Shown piece by piece: positions 9,072 to 16,936 of a stretch of DNA of 64,000 nt. The DNA is from Longimicrobiales bacterium (GTDB lineage Bacteria > Gemmatimonadota > Gemmatimonadetes > Longimicrobiales > RSA9): assembly GCA_035513295.1 (NCBI GenBank), contig DATKCH010000001.1, positions 12,243 through 76,242 on the forward strand, read 5' to 3'. The position numbers were made by a program, and so were the translations under genes. The notes under the pieces are model-generated. The model saw only the letters and a program-made list of their open reading frames with translations. It was not told where the DNA came from and searched no databases. Numbering within the stretch: position 1 is the first letter of the stretch; every line of letters starts with the position of its first letter.

Positions 9072-10901
9072 CTACGCTCCCGAGGTCTGCAGCTCGTACA
9101 GGTAGCGGTACGTCCCGTCCCGCGCGATCAGCTCGTCGTGCCGGCCGGTATCCACGATGCGACCCTCGCGCAGGACCAGGATCTGGTCGGCGTGCTTGAT
9201 GGTGGAGAGCCGGTGGGCGATGACGAAGACGGTACGACCGTGCAGCAGCTCGGCGACGGCCTCCTGGACGTGCCGCTCCGATGCGCTGTCGAGCGCGGAC
9301 GTGGCCTCGTCGAAGATCAGGATGGGCGGGTCGCGCAGGATGGCCCGCGCGATCGCGATGCGCTGCCGCTGGCCGCCGGACAGGCGGGTTCCACGTTCCC
9401 CGAGCACGGTATCGTAGCCCTCAGGCAGCGCGCCGATGAACTCGTGCGCGTGCGCCGCGCGAGCGGCCCGCTCCATATCCGCGTCGGCGACGTCCTCCAG
9501 CCCGTAGGCGATATTCGCGCGCACGGTGTCGTGGAACAGGACGGTCTCCTGCGTGACGATGCCCAGGTTCGAGCGCAGCGACGCGATGCTGTACTCGCGC
9601 AGGTCCACGCCGTCGAACGTGATCCGGCCGCCCGTGGGGTCGTAGAAGCGCGCCACCAGGTCCACGAGCGTCGTCTTCCCGGACCCGCTGGGTCCGACCA
9701 GCGCGACCACCTCGCCGACGGCCACCCGCAGGTCGACGTCGCGCAGCACGGGCTCGCCCTCCACGTAGTGGAATTCGACCCCTTCGAAGCGAATCCCCTC
9801 CGAGAGCCCGGTGAACGGCCGTGCGCCGGCGCGGTCTGTGATCTCGATCGGCGCGTCGAGGAACTCGAAGACGCGCTCGGCCGCGGCGAGCCCGGGCTGG
9901 ATCGTGGCGGGCAGCCGGGACAACTCCTTCGCCGGCGAATAGAGCTGCATGCTCACGCCGAGGAAGCCGATGAACGCGGCGCCGGTGAGCGTGCCCTCGA
10001 CGAGCACGAGGTGGCTCCCGTACCAGAGCAGCAGGAGCGTGCCCAGCGCGGCCAGCATCTCCGAGAGCGGGCCAGTCGCGGCGCGCAGGGTCTCGGTGCG
10101 CAGGAAGGTGCGGAAGTAGTCCTGCGTGAGCCCCCCGAAGCGCTTCCGCTCCGCGTTCTCCGCCGCCGCCGCCTTCACGAGGCGGATGCCGCTGACCGTC
10201 TCCTGGATGTGCGAGGACACTTCGCCCGCCAGATTGAGGACGCGCCGGTCGCCCCGGCGGAGCCTGCGCACCACGCGGCTCCACACGAGGAAGATCCCCG
10301 GCAGCACGACCACCGACACGAGCGTCAGCTCGACGGAGATCGAGAGCAGGAGCGCGAGCGCCGCGATCACCCGCAGGAACGCCGTGAGCGCTTGCGCTAC
10401 GTTGCGCGTCACCAGCGACCGCAGAAGCTCCGCGTCGCCCGTCAGGCGCGAGACGACCTGACCCGCGCGCGTACGACCGAAGAATCGGAGGTCGAGGTCG
10501 AGGAGGTGGCCGTACACCTCGTTGCGCAGGTCACGCGTGACGCTCTGCTCGAGGCGGGCGACAAGGTAGCGTTTCAGGAAGTCGAAGACGTTCTTGAGCG
10601 CGAAGATCGCGAGCATGAAAAGGATGATGCCCAGCAGCAGGTCCTGGGCGGACATGCCGGGAGACATCACCCGGCCGACGGTCTGGGTGAGCAGCCACTC
10701 CATCACGGATCCGCTGGACCCGACGCTCAGCGGCGCGTCCCCGAACAAGGCGTTCAGGAACGGGATGAGCATGACCAGGCTGAACGCGTCGAAGAACGCG
10801 AAGCCCATGGTCGCGAGGATCGCGAGCGCGAGCAGGCCCTCGTACCCGCCGAGGTAGCGGAGCACGCGCCAGTAGAGACGGGCTTCTCCGCGAACGGACA
10901 T
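9072..10901 (-). CDS. msbA: ABC exporter, fused permease/ATPase (MsbA-like lipid A/lipid flippase)
   Basis: A six-helix TMD is followed by an NBD with Walker A GPSGSGKTT, signature LSGGQRQRIAIARA and Walker B ILIFDEATSALD. The ATG at 10901 is preceded by GGGAGG. It is embedded in the glycosyltransferase cluster. The symbol rests on context only. Confidence 0.8.
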   Translation of the reverse strand: MSVRGEARLYWRVLRYLGGYEGLLALAILATMGFAFFDAFSLVMLIPFLNALFGDAPLSVGSSGSVMEWLLTQTVGRVMSPGMSAQDLLLGIILFMLAIFALKNVFDFLKRYLVARLEQSVTRDLRNEVYGHLLDLDLRFFGRTRAGQVVSRLTGDAELLRSLVTRNVAQALTAFLRVIAALALLLSISVELTLVSVVVLPGIFLVWSRVVRRLRRGDRRVLNLAGEVSSHIQETVSGIRLVKAAAAENAERKRFGGLTQDYFRTFLRTETLRAATGPLSEMLAALGTLLLLWYGSHLVLVEGTLTGAAFIGFLGVSMQLYSPAKELSRLPATIQPGLAAAERVFEFLDAPIEITDRAGARPFTGLSEGIRFEGVEFHYVEGEPVLRDVDLRVAVGEVVALVGPSGSGKTTLVDLVARFYDPTGGRITFDGVDLREYSIASLRSNLGIVTQETVLFHDTVRANIAYGLEDVADADMERAARAAHAHEFIGALPEGYDTVLGERGTRLSGGQRQRIAIARAILRDPPILIFDEATSALDSASERHVQEAVAELLHGRTVFVIAHRLSTIKHADQILVLREGRIVDTGRHDELIARDGTYRYLYELQTSGA

Positions 10902-11052
10902 CGCGGCGGCCTCCCGGTGGAGCGGTCGGAGCGGGCCTGGAACCATAGCGCATAGGCATCGGCCCTACAACGGATTTCCCGCAGCCCCGGGGATCGTTTC
11001 CCGGCCCGGGGGGTTTCTCCAGCGGCGACCACGCTGCGAATCCGGAGGAGCG

Positions 11053-12036
11053 TTGACCTTCGTCTACATCTGCATACCGGCGCACGACGAGGAGCAGACC
11101 ATCGGCCCGCTCCTGTGGAAGATCCGCCGGGTGATGGCCGAGTACGGGCGGGACTATCAGATCGTCGTGGCCGATGACGCCTCCACGGACGCGACGCCCG
11201 AGGTCCTGGAGTCCTACCTGGGCGCGCTGCCGCTCACGGTCATCCGGTGCGCGGAGCGGCGCGGGTACGCTCAGACGCTGGAACGCGCCCTCCGGAAGGC
11301 CGCCCGACTGTCCCGGTACCCGAAGCGCGACACGATCGTCACGCTGCAGGGCGACTTCACCGACGATCCGGCGCTGATCCCGGAGCTGGTGCGCCACATC
11401 GAGGGGGGCGCGGACATCGTCGGCAACGACGCGACGCCCGATCTGACAGGCGCGCCCTGGTCCCAGCGCATCGCGCGCACCGCGTTCGACAGGCTGTCGG
11501 TCCGGGCGGGCGTGCCGCGCGAGGCCGGTTCGCCCGCGTCCGGGTTCCGGGCCTACAGGGGCGTGATCCTCCGCAAGGCGTTCGATGAGGCCGGCCAGGA
11601 GCCGCTCCTGCGCTCCGACGGCTGGTGCGCGGACGCCGAGCTGCTGAGGGCGCTGGTCCCGCACGCGCGCAAGGTCGTGTGCGGAAGCGCCGCGGGCGTG
11701 CACGCACGGCGCCAGCGCGCGAGCCGTTTCGCCCTGAAGGAGGGTTTCCGCCAGATCCGAGGAGTCCTCACGGGAGCGCACGTGCCGGGGCCCTACGAGC
11801 TCGAGTCGCCGGACCTCGACCTCGCTCGCGAGAGTCCCGCCCGGGGGCGCCTCCGGAGGCGTCGTGCCGAGCCCGCCGAGCGCCCGAACGGCGCGTCCCG
11901 CGCACGGGACTCCGCCCGGCGGAACGGCCCGCGTAAGGAACCCTCCGACAAGGGCGCTGGTACATCAACGCGCAGGAGGAAGCGCCGCCCTCGAGGCGGC
12001 TCCCGTCAGCGTAGCCCCGGCGTTGATTCCACCTAG
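11053..12036 (+). CDS. Glycosyltransferase family 2 (polyprenol-phosphate glycosyltransferase-like) with Arg/Lys-rich C-terminal tail
   Basis: TTG start is preceded by GGAGGAG. The N-terminus ICIPAHDEEQTIG...VVADDASTD is typical of DPM1-like GT2 enzymes. The last ~70 aa are a basic low-complexity tail. Confidence 0.7.
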   Translation: MTFVYICIPAHDEEQTIGPLLWKIRRVMAEYGRDYQIVVADDASTDATPEVLESYLGALPLTVIRCAERRGYAQTLERALRKAARLSRYPKRDTIVTLQGDFTDDPALIPELVRHIEGGADIVGNDATPDLTGAPWSQRIARTAFDRLSVRAGVPREAGSPASGFRAYRGVILRKAFDEAGQEPLLRSDGWCADAELLRALVPHARKVVCGSAAGVHARRQRASRFALKEGFRQIRGVLTGAHVPGPYELESPDLDLARESPARGRLRRRRAEPAERPNGASRARDSARRNGPRKEPSDKGAGTSTRRRKRRPRGGSRQRSPGVDST

Positions 12037-12050
12037 CCCGCAAGGATTCC

Positions 12051-12863
12051 ATGAAGATGCTGTTGCTGGCGACGGCCCTCGTGGGGTCGCTCGCGCCCCA
12101 GGAGCCCGGCGGCACCGCGCTCGCCGGTAGTCCGGCCGTGGACACGGCGGACGACGCCGCGTTTGCGCGGACGCGCGCGGCGGTTCCGTGGGGGCCGGGC
12201 GAGCGGGCGGAATACGAGCTCGCGACCGGCGTTTTCGGAAACGTGGGCGACGGATTCCTGGAGGTCGACGGGATCGAGGACATCCGCGGGCACGACACCT
12301 ACCACATCCAGCTCGGCGTGAAGGGGTCGGTGCTGTTCGGCGCGTTCAAGTTGGAGGACCGCTTCCAGACCTGGATGGACGTCAACACCCTCGCCGCGCG
12401 TCGTTTCCAGAAGAACCAGGTGGAGGACGACTTCGTCCGCAACCGCACCTACGACTTCTACCCGGAGAACCTCACCTGGCACTGGGTGGAGCGGGACCGG
12501 AGCGGATTCCTGCCGTCGAAGGAGCCGCTGGACGAGGTGTCGATGCTGTTCCTGGTCCGCACGCTGCCTCTGAAGGTGGGCGAGACGTACACCTTCAATC
12601 GGTACTTTCAGTCCGAGGACAACCCGGTTCGCATCGAGGTCGTTCGCAAGGAGCGCGTGAAGGTGCCGGCCGGTGAATTCGACACCATAGTCGTGCGCCC
12701 GATCATCAAGACCGACGGCATCTTCGGGGAGGAAAGCGAGCTCGAGGTCTACTTCTCGGACGACGAGCGCCGGATCCTCGTGCAGATGAAGTCCAAGGCC
12801 CCCTGGGTGCGGTCCCTGCACCTGAAGTTGACGAACTACCGGCCCGGCAAGAAGCTTTCCTGA
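12051..12863 (+). CDS. DUF3108-like secreted protein
   Basis: There is a signal peptide MKMLLLATALVGSLA. The all-beta-looking sequence has a C-terminal LEVYFSDDERRILVQMKSK segment resembling the DUF3108 family. Confidence 0.6.
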   Translation: MKMLLLATALVGSLAPQEPGGTALAGSPAVDTADDAAFARTRAAVPWGPGERAEYELATGVFGNVGDGFLEVDGIEDIRGHDTYHIQLGVKGSVLFGAFKLEDRFQTWMDVNTLAARRFQKNQVEDDFVRNRTYDFYPENLTWHWVERDRSGFLPSKEPLDEVSMLFLVRTLPLKVGETYTFNRYFQSEDNPVRIEVVRKERVKVPAGEFDTIVVRPIIKTDGIFGEESELEVYFSDDERRILVQMKSKAPWVRSLHLKLTNYRPGKKLS

Positions 12864-12978
12864 CAGGCCGCTGCGCGCGGCTCGGCGCGGGCGCCGGGCT
12901 CGCGCGCCCGCGGCGCGATCGCGACCCCCCCTTCCCGCGGGCGCGGGTCCGGGTCCCGTAACCAGCCAGAGAGTCGAC

Positions 12979-14091
12979 GTGCGCGGACCGCCCGAGCTGG
13001 ACTACGCGAGGCTGCGGACGATCCCCGTGGACACCCGCGCGAACAAGGTCGACTCGGGGCAGCTCGCCGACCGACCCCGGGCCGGGGAGCGGGCGACCTT
13101 CGCCGCGTTCTACGACTCCCTGCCGGACCTCCTGGTGGCGACGGACCTGCGTGCGCTGGCGCGCGCGCTGGCGGCGGCGGCGCGCGGCCGCGGCGCCGGG
13201 ACGGACCCCGGCGAGCCCGACGAGGCGAGCCCCGGCGGCCCGGTCGCCCGGCAGAGCCCGGAGGCGGCCACGCCAGCGCCGTCGCGCCCGACCCCGGAGA
13301 TGGCCACGCCAGCGTCCTCGCGCCCGACCCCCGAGGCCGGTGCGGTGCCGTGCATGATGGGCGGCCACGTCGTGAAGACCGGCCTCTCCCCCGTGCTCAT
13401 CGACCTGGCCGAGCGCGGCGTGATCACCGCGTTCGCCGCCAACGGATCGACCGCCATCCACGACTACGAGCTGGCTCGCTGGGGCGGCACGAGCGAGGAC
13501 GTCGAGGCCGGACTGGCGGACGGCTCGTTTGGCATGGCGGAGGAGACCGGCCGCGACATAAACGATGCGATCCGGGCGGCGGCCCGCGACGGACTCGGGC
13601 TGGGCGAGGGACTGGGGCGGGACCTGGCGGAGCGGGAGGACCTCGCCGCCGCCGAGCACTCCCTCCTGCTCGCCGCGCGCCGGCTGGGGATCCCGTTCAC
13701 CGTGCACGCCGCGATCGGCGCCGAGATCACCCACCAGCACCCGGCCACCGACGGCGCCGCCATCGGCGAGGCCAGCTTTCGCGACTTCCGCCGGCTGGCC
13801 GCGCACCTGGAGGGGCTGGAGGGCGGGGTGGTGCTGAACCTCGGTTCCGCCGTCATGATGCCGGAGGTGTTCCTCAAGGCCCTCACCGTGTGCCGCAACG
13901 CCAACGGCGGGAAGCCGCGCGGGTTCGTGGCCGCCGACCTGGACATGATCCGCCACTACCGGCCGCGCGTGAATGTCGTCGAGCGGCCGACGCGCACCGG
14001 CGGCGGGCGCGGCTACCAGATCACCGGCCACCACGAGATCATGGTGCCGCTGCTGGCGTGGGCGGTGGTGGAGGAGCTCGGGCGGGGCTGA
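12979..14091 (+). CDS. Divergent deoxyhypusine-synthase-fold (DHS-like NAD-binding superfamily) protein with Pro/Ala-rich insertion
   Basis: GTG start. GGHVVKTGLSPVLIDLAERGVITAFAANGSTAIHDYE aligns by eye with GAMSTAELGLSLAEMIRRGKVHAISCTGANLEEDV of the DHS-like gene at 33256. The assignment is family-level only. Confidence 0.6.
   Translation: MRGPPELDYARLRTIPVDTRANKVDSGQLADRPRAGERATFAAFYDSLPDLLVATDLRALARALAAAARGRGAGTDPGEPDEASPGGPVARQSPEAATPAPSRPTPEMATPASSRPTPEAGAVPCMMGGHVVKTGLSPVLIDLAERGVITAFAANGSTAIHDYELARWGGTSEDVEAGLADGSFGMAEETGRDINDAIRAAARDGLGLGEGLGRDLAEREDLAAAEHSLLLAARRLGIPFTVHAAIGAEITHQHPATDGAAIGEASFRDFRRLAAHLEGLEGGVVLNLGSAVMMPEVFLKALTVCRNANGGKPRGFVAADLDMIRHYRPRVNVVERPTRTGGGRGYQITGHHEIMVPLLAWAVVEELGRG
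13267..13338 (+). repeat. In-frame 36-bp tandem duplication (2 copies) inside the DHS-fold gene
   Basis: GCCACGCCAGCGCCGTCGCGCCCGACCCCGGAGATG is followed by GCCACGCCAGCGTCCTCGCGCCCGACCCCCGAGGCC. These encode ATPAPSRPTPEM and ATPASSRPTPEA. Confidence 0.8.
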
Positions 14092-14120
14092 CGCTCCGCC
14101 GCAACGAGCCAGGCGGAGCG
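14092..14120. terminator. Hairpin between convergent genes (possible bidirectional terminator)
   Basis: CGCTCCGCC (14092-14100) pairs with GGCGGAGCG (14112-14120) around an 11-nt loop. It sits between the stops at 14091 (+) and 14126 (-). There is no clear T-tract. Confidence 0.35.
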
Positions 14121-14125
14121 GCGCC

Positions 14126-15034
14126 TCAACCCCCCAGAAGCCCCTCCAGCTCCTCCAGCGACCGCGGCCAGTCCTCCCGCAGTAGCCGCGAGAACGCCCG
14201 GTCGGCGAGCAGGCGCCCGCCCGTCTGGCATGTCGCGCAGTAGTTGGTCTCGTTGTCGGCGTACTTGATGCGCTGGATCGGCGATCCGCATCGCGGGCAG
14301 GGCTCGCCGTACTTGCCGTGCGCGGCCATGTCGGGGTGGAACGCGGTGATCTTCTCGGGGAAGGCGTCGCCGACCTCGGCGCGGAGCGTGTCCGTCCAGG
14401 CGCGCAGCGAGCTCCGCGTAGCCTCGAACAATCGCTCGGCCTCCTCCTCCGACAGGTCGCGCGACCTCTTCAGCGGAGAAAGGCGCGCTTCCAGGAGGAT
14501 CTCGTCGGAGTGTGCGTTGCCGATGCCGCTCAGTATGCGCGGGTCGGTCAGCGCCCGCTTGAGCGTGCGGTTCTCCCTCGCGATCGCCTCCCGGAAGGCT
14601 GCGAGGTCCGCGTCGAGCGGCTCGACCCCGCCGCGGTCGTGCGCGGCCAGCGCCTCCTCGCCCGCTACCAGGTGCAGCGTCGCCTTCTTCTTCATGCCCG
14701 CCTCGGTGAGGAGCAGGCTGCCTTCGGGGAAGTCGAACGCGGCGAGCCCGAGCTTGCGCGGAATGGTCACGCCGGGGGCGCGCCAGCGCAGGCGGCCCGT
14801 CACCATCAGGTGGAGAACCAGGAAGTGCGCCGGCTCAGCTTCTTCCATGCAGAGGACGACGCGCTTGCCCATGCGGCGTACGCCGGTGACCGTGCGGCCG
14901 TGGGCGGCCGACAGCGGCGGATCGTAGCTGCGCACGAGCGAAGGCGAGCGCACGCGCACGCGCTCCAGCGGCTCGCCCGCGACGAAGCGCTCGAGCGCCT
15001 CCACGTACACCGTGATCTCGGGTAGCTCGGGCAT
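14126..15034 (-). CDS. Fpg/Nei family DNA glycosylase (formamidopyrimidine-DNA glycosylase-like)
   Basis: The N-terminus is MPELPE (catalytic Pro2/Glu3). An H2TH region and the C-terminal zinc finger CPRCGSPI...YCATCQ are present. Confidence 0.85.
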   Translation of the reverse strand: MPELPEITVYVEALERFVAGEPLERVRVRSPSLVRSYDPPLSAAHGRTVTGVRRMGKRVVLCMEEAEPAHFLVLHLMVTGRLRWRAPGVTIPRKLGLAAFDFPEGSLLLTEAGMKKKATLHLVAGEEALAAHDRGGVEPLDADLAAFREAIARENRTLKRALTDPRILSGIGNAHSDEILLEARLSPLKRSRDLSEEEAERLFEATRSSLRAWTDTLRAEVGDAFPEKITAFHPDMAAHGKYGEPCPRCGSPIQRIKYADNETNYCATCQTGGRLLADRAFSRLLREDWPRSLEELEGLLGG

Positions 15035-15125
15035 CGACTCATCTCGTCAGCGTGTGCCGCACGTGCGACCGCGAAGGTAGCGGGGAAGCCCGGCTTGCGG
15101 CCCCGCGTGCGCCCCCGCCGGGGCC

Positions 15126-15153
15126 TTGACGCTTCGGAGGCCCCGTCTATCTT
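15126..15153 (+). promoter_or_regulatory. Candidate sigma70-type promoter for the tRNA pair
   Basis: TTGACG (15126-15131), a 16-nt spacer, then TATCTT (15148-15153), about 30 nt upstream of tRNA-Glu. A CCCTTTC/GAAAGGG hairpin (15160-15180) follows. Confidence 0.3.
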
Positions 15154-15183
15154 TCAGGTCCCTTTCGCGGTCTGAAAGGGTAC

Positions 15184-15256
15184 GCCCCCATCGTCTAGAG
15201 GCCTAGGATTCGTGGTTCTCAGCCACGCGACAGGGGTTCGAATCCCCTTGGGGGTA
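15184..15256 (+). tRNA. tRNA-Glu (anticodon CUC)
   Basis: Cloverleaf folded by hand. Acceptor GCCCCCA/TGGGGGT (G1-U72 wobble). D arm GTCT-AGAGGCCTA-GGAT. Anticodon stem CGTGG/CCACG with loop TTCTCAG. T arm AGGGG-TTCGAAT-CCCCT. CCA is not encoded. Confidence 0.85.
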
Positions 15257-15260
15257 CTGA

Positions 15261-15286
15261 GGGCCGGGTCGTGACCCGGCCCTTTT
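15261..15286 (+). terminator. Hairpin plus T-tract between the two tRNAs (terminator-like or processing element)
   Basis: GGGCCGGG-TCGTGA-CCCGGCCC is followed by TTTT (15283-15286). It lies 4 nt after tRNA-Glu and 10 nt before tRNA-Val. Confidence 0.35.
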
Positions 15287-15296
15287 CGATGGAGCA

Positions 15297-15370
<74 letters not shown>

Positions 15371-15589
15371 TCGAGTCCAGAGCGCCGACGCCCGCCGGGT
15401 CCTTATGCTCCTTTCCCCCGGCGCGATCCCGACCACCACTCACCGTGCGGCTACGCATCCCTCCGGGGGGAGCCCCCGGCAGGGGGCTTGCGTGCGCTCG
15501 CGCCCTTCCCGGTTTATTTGCGTGCAGGATCGGAACGGCAGTTTGGTTCGTTCGCCCCTCGAAGCGAGGGGGAACCCAAGGGGGAGGGC

Positions 15590-16936
15590 ATGGCGCGCGA
15601 CCTACCTCGACGCGACCCCGCGGCGGGGATTCTGCTCCGACCATTCCAGACATTCTTCGCTCTCGAGTCCGCGAGCGGGTTGCTGCTTCTGGCCGCCGCG
15701 GCGGTGGCCCTGGTGTGGGCGAACTCGCCCTGGGCGCCGTCGTACTTCGCCCTGTGGGAAAACCACCTGATCGTTGGGGGCGGCGGCTTCATCTTCGACA
15801 AGAGCGTGCACCACTGGATCAACGACGGGCTCATGGCCGTCTTCTTCTTCGTGGTAGGGCTGGAGATCAAGAGGGAGGTTCTGGTGGGCGAGCTGGCGTC
15901 GCCCAAGCGGGCGGCGCTGAGCGTGGCGGCGGCGCTGGGCGGGATGGCGGTCCCGGCGGCCGTCTACGCCACGCTGAACGTCGGCGGTGTGGGCGCGGCC
16001 GGGTGGGGCATCCCGATGGCCACGGACATCGCCTTCGCGCTCGGCGTGCTCGCGCTGCTCGGCAGCCGGGTTCCGCTCTCGCTGAAGGTATTCCTGACCG
16101 CCATCGCCATCGTCGACGACCTCGGAGCCGTGCTGGTGATCGCCTTCTTCTATACCGCGGAGCTCTCTTGGTCGGCGCTGGGCGTAGCTGCCGTCGTCCT
16201 GGCGGCGCTCGTGCTGGTGAATCGCCTGGGCGTCCGCAGCCCGACCCCGTACGTGCTCCTGGGGTTCGTGCTCTGGGCGGCCCTGCTCGAGTCCGGTGTG
16301 CACGCGACGCTCGCGGGGGTGCTTCTCGCCCTGACCATCCCGGCCCGGCGCCGGATCGACGCGCCGGAGTTCCTGCGGCGGGTCCGGCTCTACGTGGCGG
16401 AGTTCGCCGAGGACGTCCCGGCCGGGCGCAGTGAGCCGACAGAGGACCAACGGGACGTCGTCCGCTCGCTCCAGGTGGTGGCCGAGCAGGTGGAGACGCC
16501 GCTGATACGCCTGGAGCACGCCCTGCACCCGTGGGTGGCGTTCTTCATCATGCCGGTCTTCGCCCTGGCCAACGCGGGCGTATCCATCGGCGGCGACGTT
16601 GCCGGAGTGCTCGGGAGTCCCGTCACGCTGGGAATCATCCTCGGCCTGTTCCTGGGGAAGCAGATCGGCATCCTGGCCTTCTCCTGGGTGGCCGTACGGA
16701 TGGGCCTCGCGGCGCTGCCCGCGGCCGTGGGCTGGCGGCAGGTCTGGGGCGTCAGTCTGCTCTGCGGGATCGGATTCACGATGTCGCTGTTCATAGCGGG
16801 TCTAGCGTTCGCGCAGTCGCACCTGCTGGACGCGGCGAAGATCGGGATCCTCGCGGCGTCGCTGATCGCCGGGGTGGCCGGCGCCCTGGTACTGGCCCGG
16901 AGCGGGCGTCCGGCCTCGCCTGGAAGCCCCGCATGA
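15590..16936 (+). CDS. nhaA: Na+/H+ antiporter NhaA
   Basis: The ATG at 15590 follows GGGGGAGGG. NhaA signatures are present: HWINDGLMAVFFFVVGLEIKRE, GWGIPMATDIAFALGVL, AIVDDLGAV. Confidence 0.9.
   Translation: MARDLPRRDPAAGILLRPFQTFFALESASGLLLLAAAAVALVWANSPWAPSYFALWENHLIVGGGGFIFDKSVHHWINDGLMAVFFFVVGLEIKREVLVGELASPKRAALSVAAALGGMAVPAAVYATLNVGGVGAAGWGIPMATDIAFALGVLALLGSRVPLSLKVFLTAIAIVDDLGAVLVIAFFYTAELSWSALGVAAVVLAALVLVNRLGVRSPTPYVLLGFVLWAALLESGVHATLAGVLLALTIPARRRIDAPEFLRRVRLYVAEFAEDVPAGRSEPTEDQRDVVRSLQVVAEQVETPLIRLEHALHPWVAFFIMPVFALANAGVSIGGDVAGVLGSPVTLGIILGLFLGKQIGILAFSWVAVRMGLAALPAAVGWRQVWGVSLLCGIGFTMSLFIAGLAFAQSHLLDAAKIGILAASLIAGVAGALVLARSGRPASPGSPA

Noticed and set aside
12886-12912. GC-rich hairpin (CGCGGGCGC / GCGCCCGCG) after the DUF3108 gene as an intrinsic terminator
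   Set aside because: There is no T-tract, and such GC palindromes are frequent in this composition. The evidence is insufficient to call it.
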